DNA of 64,000 nt from Saprospiraceae bacterium (GTDB lineage Bacteria; Bacteroidota; Bacteroidia; Chitinophagales; Saprospiraceae), in contig CBDCUO010000032.1 of the NCBI GenBank assembly GCA_965222705.1, positions 116,308-180,307 of the forward strand. The letters run 5' to 3'. Positions 38,023 to 46,411 of the stretch are shown here, piece by piece (positions within the stretch are counted from its first letter, which is position 1; each line of letters starts with the position of its first letter). A model generated the notes under the pieces. It saw only the letters and a program-made list of their open reading frames with translations. It was not told where the DNA came from and did not search any database. The position numbers were made by a program, and so were the translations under genes.

Positions 38023-40230
38023 TTAATCTTCCACTACAACTTTTACGCTTAAATAATTGGTCTGATCTGCTCTTAATTTTACCAGATAAAGCCCCCTTGC
38101 TAAATCTTGCTTTTCAAAAGAGGCAGATAGGCTATTGGCTGCGGGAAGAAGGTATTCTGATTTTATCAATTTTCCAAAGCTATCATACAATTCTACCAAA
38201 ATTTCTTCATCAGAAAAATTACCTTCTATAAAAAGAAGTTCGCCTTTTTTTATTGGATTAGGAAAGACCTTGACAGAGACGGATTCGGATAAATCCTCCA
38301 GGCCAGTAGAAAAGTTGCGAAAATATTGTGCAGCTAGATTAAAGGCATCTATCCCAATTTGTTCGCCAATCAGACGCCCTGGAATGTCATCCGCGGGCGG
38401 ATGAATTCCTCCCCATATACGCGATAAGCTCGTCTGATCGGAGGCATCCCGATAGGTTGCCCATTGCAGAATAATGTCTTGGCTCGGCCCGTCCTCAAAG
38501 ACTAAAAATTCGTTCTTTTTGGCGATAAACTCTCCCATTCCTCCAGGGAAAAAGGGGTCGCCTGTGAGCAAGGTCATGACTTCTGCAGCAGCCCTTGAAA
38601 AGGTAGAATGTCCCGAAATATAGCCTGCAAAAGGCGGCGTAACGAAAGTAGGACGTTGATAAGGCCACCAGTTTTCTGCTAAAATCCAACCGACTCCAGC
38701 GATGTCTGTATCGGCGTTTTCAATAAAATCAGGACCTTTCCAAGCATATAATTTTATTTTATTTAGATGTTCGTTATTTGGCCCTGCCAGCGGGTCGCCA
38801 GTTTCTACTTGCTCAATATAGCCCTCAAGTAAAGGAATTCCCGCAATGTGATAATTCGGCAAATTGGGATCAGAAGATTGTCCTAGCTCTGCCAGAAAGC
38901 GAATAGCAGAAATAGGGCGCACATAATCATACCAGCCTTTTATCCCCCAGGCGGCAATGGCGGCATCGTGCACAGCACCAGCTAATGCAAAATATGCTTT
39001 GACATCCCATTCGAGCTCATCCAGTATATCCCCTTTCCCTTTGAATTTCTTTTCAAAAAGGGGATGATCATTTACATAGTTTAAAATGGTAAACCAGTGC
39101 CCTGGCGGTGTTTCCGAATCTGGTCCATCTGCCCAGAACTCTGCCAATACCCGGGCGTAGTCGGCACGTGGGACGATTTGGGGTTCGTAGGGCTGGCCAG
39201 TATGTGGGTTGATGGCGTGTCCTTTACCAATATCTCCACCCTCGAATTGTTTATAAAAATCTCTTAAGCCAAGGGTAGTGGTCGGAAACTCATCGAGGTC
39301 AATATTGCCGATTGCTCCGGGGGAAATATCCCACATTACCCCGTCTGTAGGGTCCAAATGCGAAGACCATAAAGCAACAAGCGAAAAGCCCCATTGGTAT
39401 TCGGCGGTTTCTCCCCCCCCATTTTGGATATCAATAAGCGGCGGGGAGCCGGGGTCTTTATATACCCAATAGTCATCGCCTTGCCTATTATAAATTTTTA
39501 AATCTTCTTGCTTTAAGGCGAAAGGTGTCACCAAGCCCCATTCCGGACTTAAGAATTCGGGTGCGCCTCCGGGAATTTCGTTACCGCTCTGATCTACAAA
39601 AACTTCGAAGGTTAGTGGCTGCCAGCGATTGGGATCATATAGAAAGGGATTGATAGAAAGTTCGGGAGCGAGAGGGAAGTTATAGTTTCTATAATATAGA
39701 TTGGCATAGTCCTCCTGCTCATTGGCATTATCTTGTAAGCCAAATTCAATCATATATTGTGCCAGGTAATTGCCCAAGGCGGCAGCACTTCCACCCGTAT
39801 AGTCTGTAGAAATAAAGGAAGCATCGTAGCCCAATTCTGCGAATAATTCGTCAAACCTTGTCAGCGAAGTCGCTGCGCCAGGGGAGTTGGCAAAGCGATG
39901 TTTTAGTAGGCGGTAAGCGGCGTAACTCATAGCAGTTTCTCGTTGAGTACGGATATTACCCTCTCGGGCAATTCCCTCGAAAGGACAAGTAAAGCCATTC
40001 ACCGTTTTGCCGAGCAAAAAGGTCGTTGCTGTTTCGTCATAGACTGCCCAGGCATCGTATAAAACTATAGAAGTATGGAATAAGTTGCGGGCGTGTACGG
40101 TTGGCCGAGCATAGTCTATTCTAATCGCATCCAATAAGACCTCGTTCCATTGTCTGGCGACTGAGTGTTGGGCATGTACAAAAAGGGGATTTAAAACAAA
40201 AAAGAGAAATAACAAAGGTTTAAAATTCAT
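38023..40230 (-). CDS. Secreted vanadium-haloperoxidase / PAP2-superfamily enzyme with T9SS type-A CTD
   Basis: The internal ATG at 40230 gives the signal peptide MNFKPLLFLFFVLNPLFVHAQ. The tripartite PAP2 signature is intact: KGWYDYVRP (KX6RP), YISGHST (SGH) and SRIWGGIHPPADD (SRX5HX3D). The Por-secretion tail is VKVFPNPIKKGELLF...GLYLVKL. Confidence 0.8.
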   Translation of the reverse strand: MNFKPLLFLFFVLNPLFVHAQHSVARQWNEVLLDAIRIDYARPTVHARNLFHTSIVLYDAWAVYDETATTFLLGKTVNGFTCPFEGIAREGNIRTQRETAMSYAAYRLLKHRFANSPGAATSLTRFDELFAELGYDASFISTDYTGGSAAALGNYLAQYMIEFGLQDNANEQEDYANLYYRNYNFPLAPELSINPFLYDPNRWQPLTFEVFVDQSGNEIPGGAPEFLSPEWGLVTPFALKQEDLKIYNRQGDDYWVYKDPGSPPLIDIQNGGGETAEYQWGFSLVALWSSHLDPTDGVMWDISPGAIGNIDLDEFPTTTLGLRDFYKQFEGGDIGKGHAINPHTGQPYEPQIVPRADYARVLAEFWADGPDSETPPGHWFTILNYVNDHPLFEKKFKGKGDILDELEWDVKAYFALAGAVHDAAIAAWGIKGWYDYVRPISAIRFLAELGQSSDPNLPNYHIAGIPLLEGYIEQVETGDPLAGPNNEHLNKIKLYAWKGPDFIENADTDIAGVGWILAENWWPYQRPTFVTPPFAGYISGHSTFSRAAAEVMTLLTGDPFFPGGMGEFIAKKNEFLVFEDGPSQDIILQWATYRDASDQTSLSRIWGGIHPPADDIPGRLIGEQIGIDAFNLAAQYFRNFSTGLEDLSESVSVKVFPNPIKKGELLFIEGNFSDEEILVELYDSFGKLIKSEYLLPAANSLSASFEKQDLARGLYLVKLRADQTNYLSVKVVVED

Positions 40231-40313
40231 GAGTAATTTGAATAATTTTTTGTAAAAATTCTTTCTTTGACAAAAATACAATAGATGCACAGGAAAAGCC
40301 ATAGCGAATAGAG

Positions 40314-43127
40314 CTATTTTGTCTTAGAACTTGAAGTGGCTTTCAGTAATGGGCTGATTTTATCTGCTGCCTGCGTTGCAATATGATTTCCCAGAATTCG
40401 ATAGGCTTCAAATTGCTCGTCGTCAAAGTACTGGTCAATAGTGGATTGATGTGGGAATGCTGGATTGCTTTTTAAGTAATTAAAAATAGTGACAGGAATA
40501 TTGCCCGCACTATCTCGGCTGACATTTGATTTCAAATAAACTAGTTTGCCTTCTGAAGGAGTATCTCCCGTGTATTGGATGGTTCCCTGTGCAATGCAGC
40601 AAGGCCCAAGCATTAGACCCGATTGTTCGTCCTCTTTTGGGATCATATCTTCCAAATCGATGCTGACTTGTGTATTATCTCGAACATTAGCGACCCGAAT
40701 GGCATGATTAAAAGAGGTAAAGGAAAAGTCTTGGTCTTCTTCAAAATCACAAACTACGATTACCTGACATTGTCTTTCCAAAAGTGGCAATAGACCCAGA
40801 TTGTCTCCTGTATGTCCACCGTCTGACACATAGACGCGGGGGCTTCTGGCGGTCGTTCTCCCAATCAATTCTCTGACGATATAAATTGGCCAGAAGGTTC
40901 GGTAGGGAGATAATAATCCGATGACCCTCCGATAAAAGCGATTGGCACTACTCCTTTTGATGAGCTCCAGCCGCCTTAAATTTTCATACCAGGGGTTTTG
41001 TATCCAATAGCCGGTGCGCAAGTTAAAGAGGGTCATAAAAAAGTTTTGAGCGGCAAAGCTCATGCTGCCCATTGCAGAAGAAACGGCTGCTGCCGAAATG
41101 GTCATTGCTACAGACAATCGGGTATAGCCCATTCGGTAATAGTCGGTACTCATGAACCCCGTGCTATTGGAGCCGATGAAATATTTAGAAAACAAAAAAT
41201 GATCCGATTTTAAACTTCTTTTGACCAAATCATTGGTTCCTTGTAAGTTCAAGGCGGCATTTAATAAATGATAGGGTCCTTTTTCATTGCCCTTGCCTAG
41301 GTCTTTCAATTTTAATCCAACGTGATTGCGTAGATTGATTAAGGGCATTCCCTGGTGGAGGATAGATTGTTTATTATTGGGTCTTTTCACTCGGGCGTCT
41401 GTTCGCAGATAGGCTTCTGACAATCGGTCTCGATAGAAATAATGGAAAGACAATTTGTTAATATTAGCTGTATGCCCAATAAAAAAGAATAATAAAAAAG
41501 AAAGAACAAATAACAAAACCGCAAAATAATTTACTTCATAAACGCCTCCTCTAAACCAAAAATTGGGATCTAATTGGCTATTGATGCTCAAGATAACATG
41601 GGCAGTTGCCGAAAGTAGAAAAGAGATAAAAAGAATTGTAAAAATATTTAATAATGGATTTCTGGCTCTTCGCATTAATCGGCTAAACCAGCTCTTTCCT
41701 TTTTGTCCAACAAATTGACTGGCTAGAAAAAAATAGGCAAAGCCTCCAGAAACTAGAGAAAACAGAATATTAAAGGAAATAGAAGCGGAAAATAGAAATA
41801 TGATAATGATTGGCATTAGAAAACTTAGTACCAGTCCATAGATTACAGCTCCTTGCATACCCGTATAGAGTGATCGAAAAAGCCGCCCCTGGCTATGTTC
41901 ATGATTGGCAAATTCTATCAGTGGGATGACCGCATAAATTACCAAAAATAAACCAATAGAAAAACAAAAAGGTAGGGTAAACATCAGCCAGTAGTTCACA
42001 CTATTATTGGACAAGCCCATGACGATAAAAATAGCGATATATCCCAACACTGGCCCTAAAACAATACTGACAAAAAAGAAAATTCTTTTGAAATGAAAGG
42101 TGATATATCGCTGCAAATTATACCCGGAATTTCGAGCATAATTGGCATCCGTGCTAGGGTTAATATTTGCTTGTTTTTCCTCGTATTCTGTCAGAGCAAT
42201 TTTGTTGGGCAAGAAATCAACCCTTAGAATAAAATAAAAACCCAAGGATACCCCGATTGTGAAAAACAAAAAGGCAATATCGTAATTGGTCCATAAAGAG
42301 CTCCATATTTCTTTGAGTTGTCGAGTAAAAGATTCATTTTCTTTATACCAGTTTAATAAACTTAAAATTCCTTCAAATGGCTCAGAAATTTCCTTTGGCA
42401 GGTCGGGAGATTTAACCCCCGTTTCGTCAATGATTGGCTCTGCTATGGTTTCTTCACTTAGCACAGGTATAAATAAACCTTCTGAGATCAAATGAAAAAA
42501 GCCTAAATGAAAACTCATAAACATCACCAAGATAAAAAATAACATGGCGATATTATACCAAATGCCGGATAGCAAAGACCCTACTGCCCGCATTACTTCC
42601 CAGCTAAAAATACCTTTGTCAGGGGTCAGATATTCGCCATGAGTCCGCAAGTGGTGTATTTGATGGCGAACGCCCATTCGGGTTTTATCTGCAGCTTGAT
42701 AGCCGTCATTGGCGTTCATATTGACAAAGGGTGAGGTGTCTGGGTCCAGCCCAATTTCTGTTGCGCTAAATTTTGCATTGTCTATTTCCTTTTCACCCTC
42801 CGCGTCCTCATAAGGTGGTTCTTCACTCATCAGAGAAGTCAAACAAGCACCAATATATCCACCTCCTGATACGGTACTCAGATAGTCAAAGTGTTTAAAA
42901 ACGCCTTTTTCAATGAATGCCTGAATCATGCCTAGGCCCAGGGTAGCAGAGCGGACGCCTCCTCCGGAAATGGCAATGCCAGTGGGGTTTGTCATCTTAT
43001 CATTAGGGCTATTGCATAAGCCATTATTGAATCTACGTTTTGCTAAGTACTCTTTTTCTTTGGCAATAACTTCTTGTAATTCAGTCGTGTAAATATTCTT
43101 ATCTACACTTACATCTTTTTCTTGCAT
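40314..43127 (-). CDS. Patatin/cPLA2-like phospholipase with a large polytopic membrane insertion
   Basis: The oxyanion motif is GIAISGGGVRS, the nucleophile elbow STVSGGGY, and the catalytic Asp motif YVSDGGHTGDNLG lies near the C-terminus. At least 8 hydrophobic helices lie between the Ser and Asp motifs. Confidence 0.8.
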   Translation of the reverse strand: MQEKDVSVDKNIYTTELQEVIAKEKEYLAKRRFNNGLCNSPNDKMTNPTGIAISGGGVRSATLGLGMIQAFIEKGVFKHFDYLSTVSGGGYIGACLTSLMSEEPPYEDAEGEKEIDNAKFSATEIGLDPDTSPFVNMNANDGYQAADKTRMGVRHQIHHLRTHGEYLTPDKGIFSWEVMRAVGSLLSGIWYNIAMLFFILVMFMSFHLGFFHLISEGLFIPVLSEETIAEPIIDETGVKSPDLPKEISEPFEGILSLLNWYKENESFTRQLKEIWSSLWTNYDIAFLFFTIGVSLGFYFILRVDFLPNKIALTEYEEKQANINPSTDANYARNSGYNLQRYITFHFKRIFFFVSIVLGPVLGYIAIFIVMGLSNNSVNYWLMFTLPFCFSIGLFLVIYAVIPLIEFANHEHSQGRLFRSLYTGMQGAVIYGLVLSFLMPIIIIFLFSASISFNILFSLVSGGFAYFFLASQFVGQKGKSWFSRLMRRARNPLLNIFTILFISFLLSATAHVILSINSQLDPNFWFRGGVYEVNYFAVLLFVLSFLLFFFIGHTANINKLSFHYFYRDRLSEAYLRTDARVKRPNNKQSILHQGMPLINLRNHVGLKLKDLGKGNEKGPYHLLNAALNLQGTNDLVKRSLKSDHFLFSKYFIGSNSTGFMSTDYYRMGYTRLSVAMTISAAAVSSAMGSMSFAAQNFFMTLFNLRTGYWIQNPWYENLRRLELIKRSSANRFYRRVIGLLSPYRTFWPIYIVRELIGRTTARSPRVYVSDGGHTGDNLGLLPLLERQCQVIVVCDFEEDQDFSFTSFNHAIRVANVRDNTQVSIDLEDMIPKEDEQSGLMLGPCCIAQGTIQYTGDTPSEGKLVYLKSNVSRDSAGNIPVTIFNYLKSNPAFPHQSTIDQYFDDEQFEAYRILGNHIATQAADKISPLLKATSSSKTK

Positions 43128-43503
43128 GAAGTTTTTTTAGTCACTTATTTGATTTTCACTTTGCGTTAAAGGTAATAGTTTTTGAAAAAATAAATAGCCA
43201 TTTTTTTATCATTTGATAAAATTCGACTTGGCGGCATCCTTGAATAATGTTAATAGCTGGATAATCTATCAGGAGCGGCAAAATTCCCTTCCCGAAAAAG
43301 TTCATTTGCCCATTAATATACAAGAAACATTGATAATGGCCTTGTGCTACTTAATGATTCAAGTATATGAAAATGTATTTCAAAAATTGACGGTTTTCAA
43401 ATAAAAAGGCTTCTAATTTTGTCACCTTTTTAATTAAAAAAAATAAGCAAAAGCTTTATTAATCATTTATTTGCTTTATATTTGTTGGGATTATCAACTA
43501 AAG

Positions 43504-43547
43504 ATGAGCAATAAATGAGCAATAAATGAGCAATAAATGAACAATAT
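43504..43547 (+). repeat. 11-bp tandem repeat: ATGAGCAATAA x3 plus a degenerate fourth copy (ATGAACAATAT) that carries the start codon
   Basis: Read directly from the sequence. Units start at 43504, 43515, 43526 and 43537. Confidence 0.95.
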
Positions 43548-44370
43548 TGTTACTCAACGCTTTGTCAAGTGTATTAAACAGTTAAAAACAGACGGTGTGG
43601 TGCGCTCCATGCGCCAATTTGCGCTTTCTGTAGATTATTTGCCACAAAGTCTAAGCGAAATATTGAAAGAACGGCGAGATGTCACTATTGAACTATTGCG
43701 GAAATCTGTTGAATTATATAAAATCAACCCTGTTTATATTTATACGGGAGAGGGGCCGTTGTTTATGACTGATGAAGATCACAAAAACCTTCGGGTTTTG
43801 ACCATTGTAACGAACTCGCGGGGGGATGAACGAATTGTGTACGTGCCAGTACCCGCACAAGCAGGTTATGCCAGCGAAATGTCCAACCCTACTTTTGTGC
43901 AGGATTTGCCCTCTTTTACCTTGCCGGATTATAAATACAAAGTGGGGACTCATAGAGCCTTCGATGTTTCAGGAGATAGTATGGAGCCAACCTTGTTTGA
44001 AGGAGATAAGGTCGTTTGCAGTTTTTTAGAACCCACACTATGGGAGAGTTCTATTAAAAATAATTTTGTTTATGTAATTGTGACCCGTGCCGATGTATTG
44101 GTAAAAAGGGTTTTTTCATTTTTGAAAGAAGAAAAGCAAATTGAATTGCACTCTGACAATTCTTTTTATGCGCCTTATCGCATTAATTTGAGCGATGTTA
44201 GAGAGATCTGGTATGTGCGTGCCAAAATAAGCCCTTTTTTGCCTTCGCCCCAAAACATCTCCAATATGCTTCGAGAGGATATGCAGGAATTGCGCAAGCA
44301 ATTGGGCAATCAAAATAGAATGATCGAGATTTTGAATGAAACTATGGAAAAATTAGCGAATAAGCCATAG
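43537..44370 (+). CDS. CI/LexA-like self-cleaving repressor (HTH plus peptidase S24) with C-terminal coiled-coil extension
   Basis: The N-terminal HTH-like segment is MRQFALSVDYLPQSLSEIL. The S24 serine motif is VSGDSMEPTLFEGDKVV and the lysine motif is VLVKRV. A heptad-rich tail of about 50 aa follows. Confidence 0.8.
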   Translation: MNNIVTQRFVKCIKQLKTDGVVRSMRQFALSVDYLPQSLSEILKERRDVTIELLRKSVELYKINPVYIYTGEGPLFMTDEDHKNLRVLTIVTNSRGDERIVYVPVPAQAGYASEMSNPTFVQDLPSFTLPDYKYKVGTHRAFDVSGDSMEPTLFEGDKVVCSFLEPTLWESSIKNNFVYVIVTRADVLVKRVFSFLKEEKQIELHSDNSFYAPYRINLSDVREIWYVRAKISPFLPSPQNISNMLREDMQELRKQLGNQNRMIEILNETMEKLANKP

Positions 44371-44890
44371 AGAAGGAAAAATAAGGTTTAAATTCTAAAA
44401 ATTATTGAAAAAAACTAGCAAAAAATTAAATTTTTTAATTTATTTTTTACCTTTGCAAACTTTTTTGAATTTATTGCAGTTAAATAGATAGTAAAGTTAC
44501 CCTGTTTTTGGGTAACCTTCTGCTTTTAAACACCTACTTATAATCCCTCTAACTTTCCAGAGCATAATCATTAATAGCACCTAAAATCTGGACAAACAGC
44601 ATTTTGAGAAAAATTTGGACCTAGTGAATTGTTAATTGCGATTTTTAGCAATGGCGATGAGAAAGTAAGTTCCCTGCTTTTTGAATGTTCCTTATTAAAA
44701 AAATTAAATTGGGATAATTTACTCAAACGCGTTTTATTCTGAATTTTTTCGATTTTTAAGATTAAAATTTTGCTTTTTCCACGATTATCCAAAGTAGTTA
44801 AGTTATCGTTTACGTTAATGGCTGATTGAGATAAAAATCAGCTGGGAAAATAAAATATAATCCAATATAAATCGTTGTAAATTAATTAGT

Positions 44891-44898
44891 TACATTTG
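44891..44898 (+). promoter_or_regulatory. Candidate Bacteroidota -7 promoter element (TACATTTG) upstream of rpoD
   Basis: The sequence matches the TAnnTTTG consensus 64 nt upstream of the ATG. No strong -33 TTTG is seen. Confidence 0.3.
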
Positions 44899-44961
44899 TG
44901 ACCCTCGGTCTGAAAATTCGTCAAATAAAATATAACACTTTAAATTAAAACATAATATTAA

Positions 44962-45828
44962 ATGCGTGCATTAGTTATTACTAATACGATTACCAGGCGA
45001 GATGAAAAATCTTTGGAAAAGTACTTCAATGAAATTTCTAAATATGATGTGCTTAGCCCAGAGCAAGAGTTGGAGCTATTTCAGCGAATTAAAGCTGGAG
45101 ATAAACAAGCCATTTCACAAGTTGTGAATCACAATTTGCGCTTTGTGGTTTCTGTTTCCAAGCAATACCAGAACTTGGGCTTGGCTTTAGGAGATTTGAT
45201 CAATGAAGGCAACTTGGGCTTAATCAAAGCCGCCGAGCGCTTTGACGAAACAAAGGGCTTTAAATTCATTTCTTATGCGGTTTGGTGGATTCGTCAGTCC
45301 ATTCTTCAAGCGTTGAATGAAAAATCCAGAAAGATCAGATTGCCTCTTAATCACCAATCTAATGTTTCCAAAATCATTCAAAAGCGTACCCAATTGCTCC
45401 AGTTGAAGGAAAGAGAACCAACCTTGGAAGAACTTGCAGTAGAAACGGGTTTTTCGGAAGAAGTAGTGAAGAAAAGTTTGGAGTCTTACAAAAAGTGTCG
45501 TTCTTTGGATGCACCAATAGATGAAGATAGCGACTCTTCCTTGAGTGGCTTGATGGAAGATCATCAAATTGAACGACCAGATTTTGATTTGGCTTATAAT
45601 GAATCTATTAGTATTCAGGCAACCCAATTATTAAACTCCCTCCCAACAAGAGAGGCTTCTGTTTTAAAGTTGTTTTTTGGAATTGATAGAAAATATCCGA
45701 TGAACTTAGGTGATATTAGCGATTTGATGGGGATTAGTCGAGAGCGGGTTCGCCAGATTAAAGATAGGGGCTTGGATATGCTTCGAATGGCATCTAAAAA
45801 AATGGAGGTTGATTTTAGCCTGAACTAA
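44962..45828 (+). CDS. rpoD: Primary-type RNA polymerase sigma-70 factor (short Bacteroidota form)
   Basis: The protein is 288 aa. Region 2 reads NLRFVVSVSKQY..GDLINEGNLGLIKAAERFD..GFKFISYAVWWIRQSI. Region 4.2 reads LGDISDLMGISRERVRQIKDRGL. Confidence 0.9.
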   Translation: MRALVITNTITRRDEKSLEKYFNEISKYDVLSPEQELELFQRIKAGDKQAISQVVNHNLRFVVSVSKQYQNLGLALGDLINEGNLGLIKAAERFDETKGFKFISYAVWWIRQSILQALNEKSRKIRLPLNHQSNVSKIIQKRTQLLQLKEREPTLEELAVETGFSEEVVKKSLESYKKCRSLDAPIDEDSDSSLSGLMEDHQIERPDFDLAYNESISIQATQLLNSLPTREASVLKLFFGIDRKYPMNLGDISDLMGISRERVRQIKDRGLDMLRMASKKMEVDFSLN

Positions 45829-45842
45829 GACTGAAAAATTGG

Positions 45843-45890
45843 ATGACTAAATTGTTAGGCTGGCAGAAAGCAACCTAACAATTTAGTCAT
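45843..45890 (+). terminator. Long perfect hairpin just after rpoD (17-bp stem, 14-nt loop)
   Basis: ATGACTAAATTGTTAGG (45843-45859) pairs with CCTAACAATTTAGTCAT (45874-45890). It is followed by TTAAATATTT, which is only a weak U-tract. Confidence 0.5.
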
Positions 45891-46064
45891 TTAAATATTT
45901 ATTGCTATCTTGTGGGTTATTATTTTCATTATCTAATTGTATGGGATTTAGTTTGGAATGGTAGAGAGGTGGCCTATATTTCTTTAAATGCTATTAAATC
46001 TGCTGGTTAACTTTTACTATTCTCTTCTTGCCCCCGGACAATTATTTCACAACTAAAATATATT

Positions 46065-46259
46065 ATGGGCGGCCGTAGCATCAAAGTTAGAGTAATAAAA
46101 GAAACTTCTAAAAGTGTAACCATTCAATTTGTCAGTCTCAATCGAAAAATGCCTGTTCCAAAAAGCGATTTCGAGGAACGAGTAGAAAGTGGTGAGTACG
46201 AGGTTTTGAATCCAGAAGCACTCAAAAAAAACCAGAAGGAAAGTGTTGATGAAGAATAA
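46065..46259 (+). CDS. Small (64 aa) hypothetical protein
   Basis: It has an ATG start and a charged, non-repetitive sequence. A strong intrinsic terminator lies about 25 nt past the stop. No function is recognised. Confidence 0.5.
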   Translation: MGGRSIKVRVIKETSKSVTIQFVSLNRKMPVPKSDFEERVESGEYEVLNPEALKKNQKESVDEE

Positions 46260-46282
46260 GTTTCCCTCTCTTTCTAAGGAAC

Positions 46283-46317
46283 AAAAAGACGCCCAATTTA
46301 TGTGGGCGTTTTTTTTT
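46283..46317 (+). terminator. Rho-independent terminator
   Basis: The stem ACGCCCA/TGGGCGT has a 7-nt loop, an A-tract upstream and a T9 run downstream. Confidence 0.8.
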
Positions 46318-46411
46318 GTCCTTTTTTCCTCTAAAGATCTTTTCTTTTTATTACCATCTTTAGAAAATTATCGCAATATTTGGCAGCATTTTTAGCAAGG
46401 ATAACCCAAAA

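Noticed and set aside
43213-43404. A 63-aa ORF in the divergent intergenic region between the lipase and the S24 repressor.
   Set aside because: It uses a non-ATG start in the track, has no recognisable features, and overlaps the region expected to hold two divergent promoters.
40314-44370. The possibility that the patatin-like gene marks a CBASS-type or other known anti-phage operon.
   Set aside because: No CD-NTase/cyclase, SMODS, TIR, STING or nuclease gene is adjacent. The flanks are a secreted haloperoxidase-like enzyme and an S24 repressor. It is kept only as an unusual stand-alone architecture.
44571-44792. A 73-aa minus-strand ORF in the 590-bp spacer upstream of rpoD.
   Set aside because: The sequence is AT-rich and K/N/I/L-biased, with no motifs, no convincing start context and no terminator. 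It is most likely non-coding promoter or leader DNA for rpoD.
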